Shown here: piece by piece, positions 13,168-26,083 of the stretch
Position numbering within the stretch: position 1 is the first letter of the stretch
Layout: every line of letters begins with the position of its first letter
DNA from: Camelus dromedarius
Taxonomy: Eukaryota
Length of the DNA: 64,000 nt
NCBI RefSeq assembly: GCF_036321535.1
Contig: NC_087437.1
Span: 31,808,001-31,872,000, forward strand
Direction of reading: 5' to 3'
Made by a program: the position numbers and the translations under genes
Notes under the pieces: generated by a model
The model's input: the letters and a program-made list of their open reading frames with translations, nothing else
What the model was told of the DNA's origin: nothing
Database searches by the model: none

Positions 13168-13740
13168 TATTCATTCATTTCTTCAACAGATATGGAGAAT
13201 TTAAAAGGCACTGTGAGAGTTACAGAGATAATTAAGATGTATTACAGATGCCCAAGAATTGTATAATAGAGGCAGCGAGGAAGCATGTGCAGAAGTTTAC
13301 AATATAAGGCAGTAGGTGTTGAGAAGAGAATCAAAAGTCTTCTTGGTGGAAGAATCAGGGAACACTTAAGCAAGAATTGGAATTTCCAGTCAGTCTTGAA
13401 GAATGGAATAAGGCTTTATAGAAGAAGGTATACCAGGTAGAGGAAATGTATAAACAGAGTCATAGATACATAGAAAATACCTGATGAAGGGAAGCTGTGG
13501 GAACCTGAATAGGGTAGGTTGAGGCCAGAGCGTGACGGTGTTGAGTATGAGCTGGTCGCAGGAGTCTATTAGAAGTGGCACGTGCTTTGTCGATGTTTGG
13601 GAATTTCACCTTGGCAGGGCTGTATTGGAATAATTACAGACTGGAGAGGCTGGAGGTGGATCACCAGTTGGTAGACTGGTAAAGTAGTCCAGACAAGAGT
13701 TTTGAATAATGATGTTGATGGTGGGACTAAACTGGAAGCA
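13168..13740 (-). mobile_element. Degraded L2 LINE
   Basis: L2 3' terminus (ttcattcatttcttcaaca) followed by a purine-rich L2-like body (actggagaggctggaggtgga..ccagttggtagactg..gtagtccagacaagag). Confidence 0.6.
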
Positions 13741-14391
13741 GCTGACTCAGATTCCTTTCAGAGAAGGGAAAGAAACCATTACCAGCCATTTCCACTTAGC
13801 AGGGGTGCAGTGTATGAAGTGGGCTCCAATTAAAGGACCACCCTTTATTTAAGAATATTACAGCTTCTCTGAAAAATGTGAAATAATAGGAACCACATTT
13901 TAATTTGGACAACAGATAACTAACCCACAGGCCCGGTATTCATAAGAATTCTCCCTAAAGCAAAATGTACATCTGAAGAGTGTTCTAAGAATTATGAAGG
14001 AAGAATGAGGAAACTGACATAAAAAATAGGTATCATCTTGGCTCAAAGAGTACAAAGCACAACTCAATAGTGACCTTCGGGAGTGATACAATGCAATAAA
14101 ACTTTCCAGTTTCTGCTAACCATTTATGAGGGAAAACACAGAAGCTAGCTGCCAAAATAAAAATAAGGATTATCTTAAAATCCTTAAATTTTGTAGTTCT
14201 GAAGAGACCTGACACATCACCTGGCCCAGGCCTGTGACTTTACAGAAGGAGATGATAGGTCCCTTAGAGGCTGAATCATTTTCCTTTCTTATGGCTGCTT
14301 AACAGCTGACTTGATGAGAGAGTCTGGGCCATCAACTCTTGGGCACACAGCTCATTTCTAGACTGGAAGAATGGTATCAGTGCTCTAAATG

Positions 14392-14546
14392 TTTGTTACT
14401 CAAAGTGCTCCAGCAGGATTAGTGTCTCCTGGGAGCTTATTAGAAATGCAGAATGTTAGGCCTCACACCCAGACCTGCTGAATGGAATCTGATTTTAATG
14501 AGATCCTCTGATGATTTGTGTACATATTAAAGTATGAGATCACTGT
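14392..14546. mobile_element. MER5A-like hAT-Charlie non-autonomous DNA transposon
   Basis: ctcaaagtg...cctgggagcttattagaaatgcagaat...cccagacctgctgaat...aaagtatgagatcactg follows the MER5A consensus pattern. Confidence 0.75.
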
Positions 14547-17389
14547 TCATAGTGGTGCCACTGCCCCCAGCATATTCCACCTCTAAGAGCTATGCATTAG
14601 TGTTGGACGGAAATAGCCTTGACATCCTCAGTTCCCTTCTGCCAGTGGTGAAACCAGTGGTGCTCTGAGACCACCGCCACCCCCACCAATGTTGACCCAT
14701 TCAACACCTTAGCTTCCACTGCTCTCCATTTCTACTTCTTTGCCTATTGATTATGAATCTGAGCTCTCCAGGAAAACTTGTGAATTAAAGAAAATCAATA
14801 TTCAGCCAATATTCATAAATATCACCCAAGTTTCTGGGTTTGCAAAGAACTGGAGATTTGCTATTTTTTAAAAAATTCAATAGAAATACTTTCATTTTGA
14901 TTACTAGTAAGTCATTGAATAATCTTACATTTTAATTTCATAATAACATGTATATTTGGATCTCTGATTCCCAAAAGAAAATTTGGTAATGCTGGTTGTC
15001 TTTCGGGGCTTGTGAAACATAGAATACTTAGATAACTTAGTAGAATTATGAAGGAAATTTTTCTCCCTTGAAAGTAGTTCCTAATCAGATTACTTAAATG
15101 TAAAACAGTAACTTGCAGTATTATACCTAGATCAATTTATTTTAAAGGTAGAACTAACAGCAGCTGAATATAATTTGATCCAGATTCTCAATTTCAAAAT
15201 CTGTATTTAACAAATAAGGCATTATACTCACTTGCCTGTGAGCTTTAAGTCAGCTCATCTTATTACACCACTGCATTCTTTAAACTTTCAAATTCAGAAA
15301 ATAATTGAAGGGATTGACTTCATCTGCCATTAAAAGTCTTTGAATACTTTTTATTAACATTCTAATATTTAACTTGTATGATTATTTGTTATAACTATTA
15401 ATAATTCTCATAAATAATAATAATTTAAACCCAAGAATTCAACAGACATATAATATAAAATGTTGAAGCATTTCTGTCATCTTAAAGTGAATGAGTTCTA
15501 TAGTTGTAGTTTTCTATCTGGAACTTTAGATTTCTAGGGAATAAAGATTACTGCCAAGATTCAAGTGCCTTGAGCCCAGATTTCAGAAGAGGAAACTTCT
15601 GAGTGCAGTATCAGTGGGTCCTTGTGGTTCTCTGTGACCATGTCCCCATGGAACTCTTGGGACACTTTTAACCAGAGGGACCCCAGAACTGACCAAACCC
15701 ATCCACTTAATGCAATGTAAGGCAGACCTGCAGTCACCAAGAAGAAAGTTCTCCTTCAATACCCAGCAGGCAGCAGTAGGAGAAGCAGTGAAGAGGAATG
15801 GGCGACACAAAGATCAAGTTTGGGGTCAGGAAGGGCTTAACTTCTTTGTAACTACATAGTTGGAACTCTGAGCCAGTCATTATTAATGTCTCCAAACTCT
15901 TGATATCTCCATTGCTTTAACTTGGGGAAGAGAGATTATCCTTGTTTTTATCATTTGTGCCCTGAAAGTAATAGGAAAGATGGCCCTACTTGATGGAAAG
16001 AGATCTTTTTCCATGTTTTGATTTTATTATTTATGACTCAAATACAGTCATACAACCAATATTAGAGTTTGTTTTGTTTATGTATTAAAGGCCCTTGAAA
16101 ATGTTGGTCAAGCCACCTGTAATTTGATACTTTTCATTGGTAATGATGTATTTCAGTAGCATGTGTATAGAATCTATATTGCCATTCCTACTTTAGTTAG
16201 TGATGTCCCAAATGTTTCTAATATTGACTTCATAAGTGCACTCTTTAATTATCAGTGGCCCCCAGATACCTGGAATTTCTGCAACCATCCCCGCCCTCCA
16301 GGATCAGGACAGCTGTTGGAAGGGCGCCAGGAAGGGTGGGCATCTGAATGGGTCTGAGGGCATGTGACCTCACTAAGTGTATGGTCTTGACCGTATTTCA
16401 ACCACAAAACCTTTATGAATTGTCTATTTACTTTCATTATTTATACCTCTTCTGACTTTCCTTAGTGTGACAGAAATTAAACATTTAATGCAGAAATTGA
16501 CTATTCATATGATATTGAAACTCAGTCATTAAAAGTTTAATGCAAACCTTAATCCAAGTGTAATAACATGAGTCTCAGTATAGCTCTTCTCGTAAAGGTT
16601 CTGAACTTTCCTGGAAATGTGATAAGAATATTGTCTCAGCAGTTTTCTTTGGCTGCCTTCGGATTTAGTCCTAGTCCTTCTGAGGGGATAATTTACCTCA
16701 GATCTTATGACTTATCTAAATGTGTGTAAAAATGAGGCTCTTATACTCCTTTAGCCAACTCAGGTTAGGATCAGGGTCTCACTGCAGGTCTGACTGAGGG
16801 GTTTTCATTCATTACCAAAAGGGCATGAATAAAAAAAGCATGGATTCCTCCTTACCTGGAGAAAGGGGAGGTCTGCACAGGCATCAGGCTTATGCCCTCA
16901 CTTTGTGTTCTCAGTTTCAGGAACTAGATTTCCAGTGTAAAATGGCATGGCATCCGACTAACAGGCCTTGGTGCAGCCCCTTCCAATATCCCATTAAAAG
17001 CCCTGTGATAGAAAAGGAAAGGTCACATACACACAGCATACAGACCACCAAGTCACAACAAGAACATAGACCACCATCGCTGGCCACATGGGTGCTACCC
17101 CTCAAGGCACTCAGGCCACTTTGCTGGGAACATTCTGAGATGGCCATTCCTTTAAAAAAAAAAAAAAAAAAAAGAGGAATCTTCTGTGAGTGGCAGTGGG
17201 GAGGGAGAGATGGGCAGTAATGCATTATATCTTGGGAAGTGGAAGTCTTTCAGGGATAGCAGTGGATCAGCATAGCAGAGACGGAGCAGCAAGAGTAAAG
17301 AAATGTGCCCGACAGTGCTATCGGGAGGAGGAGGAGCAGCTGTTCCAGTAGCAGTATGGTGGCGGTAGTAATAGCAGCAATAATAAAAA

Positions 17390-17600
17390 GATGGTAAGAG
17401 CTGACATTTTTTTTATGATGGGCAATGCACAGTGCTACATGCTTTAAAAGTATTTCATTCAGTCCTCCCAGGACCCCTATGAGATTGATATATTTATTAG
17501 CTTCCTTTTACAGATAAGCACACTGAGGCAGAGAGAGGTTAAGCAATTCATCCAAAATCACACAGCTAGAAAGTGGCAAAGCCTGAACTGGCAAATAGGC
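17390..17600 (-). mobile_element. MIR SINE
   Basis: Antisense MIR core ttttacagataagcacactgaggcagagagaggttaagcaattcatccaaaatcacacagctagaaagtggc. Confidence 0.8.
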
Positions 17601-17754
17601 ACTGTAAGCTGGGAACTGGACTGGGGATCGCCTTGCCCCCTAGTTGTCTCTCTGAGAAAGGATGTAACCCTCACCCGAGAACAAATTTGAGAGACATCCC
17701 TGTACCCTGTCTGTTGACATAAAGATCTAGCTTCATTTGAGAATGAGCAATCGA

Positions 17755-17950
17755 GAAACAAAGAAAGAGAAGGAAGGAAGGTAAGAAGGAAAGAAGGAAG
17801 GAAAAGAGAAAGAAAAGAAAAAGAAAGAAGTAAGAAAGGAAGGAAGGAAGGAAGAGAAAAAAGAAAGAGAAGGAGGGAGGAAGGAAGGAAGAAAGAAAAG
17901 AAAGGAAGGAAGGAAAAGAAAAATAAACAACTTAGAACAAAGGAAAGAAA
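17755..17950. repeat. GA-rich low-complexity / (GAAA)n-(GGAA)n polypurine tract
   Basis: About 195 bp of nearly pure purines; source of the spurious F/L/S-rich ORFs on the minus strand. Confidence 0.95.
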
Positions 17951-18599
17951 GCATGTAGGAAGTAACAAAACAGACCTACAGAAAAGATCTACTGCACAAT
18001 CCTACAAGGCCCCTTTAGGAAGTGATTTAGCATCCTGTAGAAGCAGAACATTATGGGCCTCACATTCCTTTTTTTAAACTGTGTCATTTTCTACATTAAG
18101 TCTTCAGGTCCTGTGCTTTCTGATTTATTTCTAGAATATGGTGTCCTAGCTATAGCCTTATTAACAAAGAAGTTCCTTATAAATACAGATGGGGGAGGGG
18201 GGAGAGTATTAAGACTGGTACAAAAGGAGAGAGAAATAATAAATGATACAGCTGTTCACAAGATAGAACTCTCCAGATAAAGTCAAAGGCCGAAATTTAT
18301 AAGAATAGAATCATGTTCTAAATTTAGTAATCACAAAAGTCCTCCTAAAAATTGTCTATAAAAGTCCATTTTTGAGACATAGATCTTCAAAAGTTAAAGT
18401 TTCTTTTAACTTTAAAGTTAATATAAAACAGGAGGCCTTGGTGCAGCCCCTTCCAATATCCCATTAAAAGCCCTGTGATGAGAAACATGGGTCTCTAATA
18501 TGCTGAACCACTGCTGTACCTGAGATACTTAAAATAAAGCCTGTTATTCTCAAAGGTCATTTATGCTCTTTTATCATTGTTAACAGTATGAAATTAACA

Positions 18600-20120
18600 C
18601 CATCATTTTAGAGTGTGTATGAACTCCCATTGTTTTGTTTTAGGGCAGAGGATCTTAACTCTCTATCTTTGCTCTTCTTCCTTGGATATATTTCTGCCAT
18701 CTTACCATGTGCTTTCTATTTCTCTCTCTCTCTCTTTTTTCTCCCCTTCTTGACATCTTCTGAATAGATTTTGGTTCTTTTCTTCTTTTCCTTATTCCCA
18801 CCCTCACCCCCTACTTCTGCTCCTTTGGAAGTAATTATGTCTATGCCTGTTTTTAGGAGTTACCCAGACATTTTAACATGCTTACTCAATCTCTTGATGC
18901 TTCACCCAAACAATGCAAGTACTTTAGAATATTAAAGCTACAATTTTCCACCCCGTTCTAATTTATATTATAATGTGACTGAATTTGAATTCTATCTTGT
19001 TTGTTTAACCTCGCAAATTAGCCATTGCTATTATTGTTATAGGTTGTTAACATTTGAGAATTGCTTTGCTCACCATTTCTCCTTGCATCTCAGACCTTCC
19101 TCTGTTTGGCTTCATAATCTTTCTGCATTAAGCAGTTTTCCATTTGTAAAAGTTTTATTCAGTTTTTCTTCAATCTGCTTGATTTGTGCTTTTAAAAAAT
19201 CTCTCTTATTCCTTGCTCACAAACTTTTCATTTCTTTAAACATACCAAACATGTTTATTTTATATTCTGTGTCTGATCATCTTTGCAAACCTAATTTTGC
19301 TGCCTGTTGTTTCTGCTGGTTCTCACTCACGGTGCTTTATTTTCTTTTTTGGCGGTGGTGGGGGGGTGGGGAGGTGACGGGCAGAATTTGCCTAGGTGTG
19401 TTTTTATGTGAGCTTAAATTCCTCAGAACTTTATCTATAGAAATTCTTTGAGACCTGGGTTGAGACTGTATTCTTCCATAAAAGACTTGCATTTGCTCTT
19501 CCCAGTTAATTATACAAACATTATTGGGAGCACTTTCATTAAAATTCTCTTCTTTCAAGTTTTCAGATATAGCTGATATAAACTCAGACAAAAAGCCATG
19601 TGAGGGCCAGGCTGCAGGTACAAATTCTCAGGTGGAATTTCCTCCCATTCTCCTCCAGCATAAAGATCGAATCAGATGTGTGGCTGTCTCCTTCTGCATA
19701 GCAGGTTTGTTTTTTGGTTTTTTGTTTAATTGAAGTATAGTCAATTTACAATGGTTATTTTTTACTCACCCTTTGAACAGAAAGTAAAGCCCTCTGAGAT
19801 TTCAGCTTTATCTGAGAACCTCCTATAAGACTTCCAGTTTTGTGTGGGCCCAAGGCTTTATCTCCTGTCCTCTACTCTCAAACATATTCCAAAAAGTTCA
19901 AGGTTTCCAGATGTTGGCAAAAACACTGAGAAAGCTGGCTTTGGTTCTCCTCTCCAGAAGTTGCTACTTTTGTCTTAATTTTGATCTCTGCACATTCTTT
20001 ACTTTTGTGCCATCTTGTTGATGCCTTTTAAAAGTGTTTTCTTTGTTGTTTTGTCTAGCATTTTGGTTGTTTTCATTGGGTAAATTTCTTATCATATCTA
20101 GTTCAGCAAACTAAAGGCAA
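18600..20120 (-). mobile_element. Ancient, highly degraded L1 (L1M-type) relic
   Basis: T-rich sequence with old-L1 style motifs (atgtttattttatattctgtgtctgat, gtttctgctggttctcactcacggtgc); subfamily not determined. Confidence 0.5.
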
Positions 20121-20503
20121 TAAATACTCTGTGGAGATGGAGGGACATTCTCCAAAATGCAGTGTATGTGCTGAACTGAAGATCTCTATAAATCACCAAG
20201 TCAAAAGAATACAGAGGTCTGGGAACCAAAGGACAGAAACAGAAGTTAACTCACTTACCATATGACCTATCTTTCTTTCTTTTCTGTAATTTAAAAATTC
20301 AAAGCTAGAAATTTCGTCTAGTCATCTGCTTCTGGAAGAAGCAAATCAATGCAGTGCTTAATGTAGAATATATTTTTCTTTTTGGAAAAACCCCAAGGTA
20401 TGTGTTTCATTTATTTTGAGTCTTTGGTTATTTTTAGTCCATAGCAAATTAGAACACACATTGCTATCTAAAATTAATCCTGAAAAGAAATGCTAATTTT
20501 TAA

Positions 20504-21474
20504 ACTTTTTTTTAATTGAAGTATAGTTGATTTACAATGTTATATTAGATTCTGGTACACAGCATAATGATTCAATTATATATATATTCTTTTTCATATT
20601 CCTTATCATTACAGGTTACTACAAGCCATTGAATATAGTTCCCCATGCTATACAGTAAGACTTTGTTGTTTATCTATTCTGTACATAGTAGTTTGTATCT
20701 GCCAATCCCAGACTCCCAGTTTATCCCTCCCTCCCCTTTTCCCTACCTTGGTAACCGTAAGTTTGTTTTCTATGTCTGTGAGTCTATTTCTGTTTTGTAA
20801 GTAAGTTCATTTGTGTCATTTTTTTTTAGATTCCACATATAAGTGGACTTACATATGATGATCTCTAGGTCCATCCATGTTGATGCAACTGGCATTATTT
20901 TATTCTTTTTGTGGTTGAGTAGTATTCCATTGTATAAACATACCACGACTTTATCTGATCATCTGTCGATGGACATTTATGTTGCTTCCATGTCTTGGCT
21001 ATTGTAAATAATGCTGCTATAAACATTGGGGTGCATATATCTTTTCAAATTAGAGTTTTCTCTGGATATATGCCCAAGAATGGGATTGCTGCATCATATG
21101 ATAAGTCTATTTTCACTTTTTTTAAGGAACCTCCATACTGTTCTCCATGTGACCACACCAATTTACATTCCAACCAACAGTGTAGGAGGGTTCCTTTTTC
21201 TCCACACCGTCTCCAGCATTTATTATTTGTAGACCTCTTGATGTTGGCCATTCTGTCTGTTGTGAGATGATATCTCATTGTAGTTTTGACTTGCATTTCT
21301 TGAATAATTAGTGATACTGTGCATCTTTTTGTGTGCCTGTTTGCCATCTGTATGTCTTCTTTGGAGAAATGTCTATTTAGATCTTTTGCCCATTTTTGGA
21401 GTGGGTTGTTTGTTTTTTTGATATTGAGCTGTGTGAGCTGCCTGTATATTTTGGAAAGTAATCCCTTGTCAGTC
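20504..21474 (-). mobile_element. 5'-truncated LINE-1 with target-site duplication
   Basis: ORF 21045-21476 is the L1 ORF2 C-terminus ([25 protein letters not shown]). TSD aaagaaatgctaatttttaa (20484-20503) / aaagaaatgctgatttttaa (21475-21494), 19/20 identical. Confidence 0.95.
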
Positions 21475-21569
21475 AAAGAAATGCTGATTTTTAAGTAAAG
21501 TGTTTGTCCATACTTTTTAACTTTATATTATTTTCTCTTCATTTATTTATTCATTCAACAATAACTTTA

Positions 21570-21779
21570 TTGTTTAATGTATTTTTGTTGAAGTATAGTC
21601 AGTTTACAATGTTGTGTCAATTTCTAGTGTATAGCACAATACTTCAGTCATATAGGAATATGCATATATTCATTTTCATATTCTCTTTCACCATAAGTTA
21701 CCACAAGATATTGAATATAGTTCCCTGTGCTATACAATATAAACTTGTTGTTTATCTATTTTTATATATTAGTTAGTAG
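21570..21779 (-). mobile_element. Short L1 3'-end insertion inside an L2 tail
   Basis: L1 3'UTR (ttgaagtatagtcagtttacaat...); TSD caataacttta at 21559-21569 and 21780-21790. Confidence 0.85.
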
Positions 21780-22696
21780 CAATAACTTTACTAAGTTATT
21801 TGTGCCAATCATTATGCTGAGATGATCAATTAAGGAACATCTGTACAAGATAGTTAATTTCTTGCATTAAATACTATAAAAAATTTTAGAGAGGAAGATA
21901 GAAACCTTGTTTTTCTGCAGATAACAACTTAGTGTTTGACCACGAAGCATTGGTTGGCCTGGTTTCAAATCACCCCTAACAATTCTCCAACGCGTACTTG
22001 AATGAACCCCAGGAGCTCTAATGACCATGTCATTAATAAGCTGTTGAACTCATAATTATTTACAAAGAAATGGATGAAATAAGAAATTTCTTTAAGAGGT
22101 GAAGAACATAAGTTACATATCACCTATTGAATCAATTCTCCAGTAATTCATTCAGTATAGATTTATGGCTTCAGGAAAAGAAGAACATAAAAAATATCTA
22201 ATCAAAAAAGCCAAGATTAAAAAGACAAAAACTAGTATTGGCGTCCCTCACTACTAAGGCATTTCCAAACTCTGTTTCACTTACTGTCACCATTGGCCAG
22301 GGCATGCACCATCTCTGCTCTGCTTCGTTTTCCCCCTGACACCTGTGGCAAAAGCCTGGAAATGTTACGTGTACGTCAGCTGGGTGTGAGTGTTAGCAGC
22401 ACTCTCCTGCAGTACCCCAAACAATCTGTGACTGTGCAGCGTGTATTTCTCATTCAGAGTAAATTTCAAGTTAGTCTTGCACAGAAACACCTTTTGAAGT
22501 CACTGGGAAAGTGACTTCAAGAGTTGAGAGAGGCGATGGTCTAAGTGGTGTTTTGTTTGGCATTGGGATCAAACACTGCATTTGTTGTGCAGAGAACAAG
22601 AGTATTTTGACCTTATCTCCTTATACAGCATTTAGGCAAGAAATGGACTGTGTAAAGATTTTTTTATCACACCCTGCTCCTTCCTGAACTGGATAG

Positions 22697-23012
22697 TATT
22701 TTTTTTTAATTTTTCAATTTTATTAGGTAGAGTTGTTACAATTTGACTGCACATATACAATATATTGCATGTAAATACATATATACAATGTCCTGCACTT
22801 TTTTAGTTTACATATATGTACTGATCACTGTTTCTAAGAACAGTTTAGAGCTTTAGCTTTTTAAACTTACATAGTTATCAAAGGAATAAAGCCAACCACA
22901 AAATAAAAATCAACAGAATGCAGTAATCCAGTCATAACGGACAGTCAAATGTGCTTACACATACTCAAGAAATCAGTCATCTAAGTTATAAATAGTAAGT
23001 ACTTTAAGTAAA
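22697..23012 (-). pseudogene. Probable 5'-truncated retrocopy of the 3'UTR of an unidentified mRNA
   Basis: Poly(T) at about 22699-22707 and TTTATT (AATAAA on minus) about 13 nt inside it. Body is AU-rich and 3'UTR-like, and does not resemble the L1/SINE ends seen here. Direct repeat aactggatag at 22687-22696 and 23013-23022. Confidence 0.7.
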
Positions 23013-24783
23013 AACTGGATAGGTCTTGTGTCATGACATCAGCTTTACTTACAATTATTCCCTAATCTCTATGTCAATAATATATTCACATATACCGAAT
23101 CTCCTTCTGTAATTCACATTGACTGAATTCCATACCTAACACCTTGCATCTGCTGCTTTCTCATGCCTGGGAGAAACAGACTCTCCTTTATTAATCTCCA
23201 AATAATTTAAAAAGAATGAAAATAAGAATTTATCAAGTTCATGTTACTATCTTTATGGATTGGCAGTTGGAAAAGTCTCCAGTCATTCTTTTTCATTATC
23301 ACTGTGGCTTTTAAAGCCTCCAATATAGTCATTTTGGCAAGTCAGTGAACACCAGAAACTGCACGCGAACAATGGGCCTCCCTTTGTAATGTGATGTGGG
23401 GAAAATATTTTTTAATTTTCTAACAGGTGCTGGGCTGTGAGTCTGACTCATAAAGATAGTAATTATACCTCTTTTCTGAAGTGAAGCAGCAGAGAGAGAA
23501 CATCCTAAAATTAATGAAAAAAGCAAGACTTGGGTTCATTTTCTCTATCTGGAGGATTCATGGTCCTGAGAGGTTTTTAAAATGAATCATTGCTTTGTGA
23601 AGTATAGCTCAGGAGCAGATATTTGTCTTTGTGTCAAAAACAAGGACTCTTAGCAAATTGAATCTCTCCCTACCTTTAGATAATTCAAGAAGGATAAAAT
23701 CTTGAGGACTTTATAGTGTTGAGCAGGGATAAAGCCTTCTTACAGATTGGAACAAAATTCTTATCAGTTTCAACTGGCAGATAAAAACGTGAACTGATTT
23801 TCACATAAAGAACTTTGTAATATTAGAACACTCCATGCAGGCAGGGTAGTTGGTAATTGTGTAAACATGTTACATTATGTGAAAATGAAAGCCGATTGAT
23901 TCTTGTAGAGCATAGGTTAGTGAGAGTGTGAATCAGAATGTTTTCTCATTCCTTAAGTGGTGAAGTAAGGTGGTGGGAGGGATGGGGAGAGGGTTGGTTT
24001 GACAGTGAGGTAGTATGACAGAGACCAGCTGAAAACAAGGGACAAAAATTGCAAGATAGGTGCACTTAATTTGAATTGCAAAAGGCAAGTGCATAACCTT
24101 GAACATTTGCTCTGTTCCCTATTCAGCACCTGTAGCTCACAGATATGGGCAAAAAATAGCCCCAAATCCAATTCATCTCAGTAGAATATTGTGTTTCTCT
24201 CTCTCTCTCACTTCAGAATATGATATAAAGCAATAAAAACAAAGATTAACGAAAAAGGACATTGCTAGGATTTAATCTGAGAAGAGAAATTCTAAAGAGT
24301 AGTTGCTAGTCGCCCTAGCTGCTGGCATTCTTGCACGTCCTTAAGATCATCCTCCGATTTCACATGGCAGCTTTCTTCCCAAGGCCCCTTTTTGGATGCT
24401 CTTTATTCAGCTACTCTAAAGTGACCAGGTTGCGGCGGGAGAAAGGCCACTTGTCCGCAGCAACGTGCCGTGCATCCCTTTGCAGTCAGCACTGTCTTGT
24501 GGCTGATACTGAAGATTTGTTTGAGGTTTCCTTGGGCACCAAACAAAAACCAAGCAAATAAAAGCTACATGAAGTCACATTGGCTGTGGAGAAAGGCGAG
24601 CTGTCACAGGCATCTACCACCTAAGCATCCCATCATTTAAAAGGATATGAGAGCAAGAAGAGCATAAGCCTGGAGCTTACAGCCAGCAACGTGTGGATAG
24701 AATGTGGATCCCTGAGTTCAGTCCTTCCTTTCACTGACATCTACAACTACAGGGAGTGTGAGCAATAACTAAGACTCCACTGT

Positions 24784-25149
24784 GTTATGGACTGAATTGT
24801 GTTCCCTCCACCCCTAAATTTACATGTTGAAGCTCCAGTTCCTACTATGACAGGATATGGAGATAGAGCCTTTAAATACGTAAAGTTAAATGAGGTCATA
24901 AGAGTAGGACCCTAATTCAATAGGACTGTATCCTTATAAGAAGGAGAGACACCAGGGATGTGCGTGCACAGAGGAAAGACCATGTGAGGACACAGTGGGA
25001 TTTGCCATCTGCAAGCCAAGGGGGGGGCCTTGGGAGAAACCAAACCTACCAACACCTTGATCTTAGACTTTCAACCTCCAGAACTGTGAGAAAATAAGTT
25101 TCTGTGATTTAAGCCACCCAGTTGTTATGGCAGCCTGAGCAAACTAAGA
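24784..25149 (+). mobile_element. MLT1 (ERVL-MaLR) solo LTR, MLT1B-like
   Basis: tgttatggactgaattgtg...aaatgaggtcata...cctccagaactgtgagaaaataagtttctg...tgttatggcagcctgagcaaactaaga. Confidence 0.88.
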
Positions 25150-25558
25150 ATTGGGATGGTTTCCAGGCATAACGCCATCCCGCTGCAATATTGAGTTGCA
25201 GCCCAGAAGCGTGGAGGTAGCCAGAACTCCATGAAAACCTGACGTAGGCACCAAATTTGTCTTCTCTGTCAATTCTCATCTCTCTTGTGCATTATACTAA
25301 CAGAAAAAGGAATAGAAGGACCATTAATTAGATTCAGTGTGCTAGACACTGCCCTGAGGATGCAAAAGTGACTCACAGAGTTGCTTCCCTTAAGGAACTC
25401 ATCATCTGGAAAAAGCCTCAATGAGTCAGTACTCTGATACAGGTATAGAGAAGGGCTTTGGGAAACAAGAATGACTAATTTTAATATAGGATTTGGGATT
25501 ATGGGAAGGACGGGAAAGACAGGGGAAGTCTTCACAAAGGGATAAGTTTGAGGAGAGC

Positions 25559-26083
25559 TGTTTTGGCATTTACTGCTGCCTAATCACTCCAAACTTAGTG
25601 GCATAAAACAATCACAATTTTATCATGCTCAGGGAGTCTGTGGGTCAGGAATTTGGATGAGACACTATGTGGACAGCCTGTCTCTGCTCCATAGTGACTG
25701 GACCTCAGTTGCCTAGAAGTGACTCAGATACCAGGGGGCTGGAAGCATTCACTTCCAAGTCTTCACTCATGTGCTTGGTGCGTAGGATGAAGGACAGGCT
25801 CAGCTGAAATGCCAACCAGAGTGCCCCCAGATGGCCTGTCCAGCATGGCAGCCTCAGAATGGTCAAGCTCTTACACTGCATTTCAGAGCGTCAATATCAA
25901 GGACGCTCAGTGAACAAGGGGGAAACTGCAAGGTTTTTTATGACTTAGCCTCAGAAGTCACAGAGCCTCATTTCCACTATGCTCATTTGCCCAAGCAGTC
26001 CTGTGTAAAGGGAGGGGACACAGACCCCACCTCTCTACAGAAGGAGCAATCAAATATTTGTCACCATGTTTTAAAACTGACAC
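25559..26083 (-). mobile_element. MLT1 (older subfamily) solo LTR
   Basis: ccaaacttagtggcataaaacaa..tctgtgggtcaggaatttgga...tatgacttagcctcagaagtcaca...ttttaaaactgacaca. Confidence 0.75.

Noticed and set aside
17558..17968. Hydrophobic F/L/S-rich ORFs resembling membrane proteins
   Set aside because: Translation of the GA-rich simple repeat.
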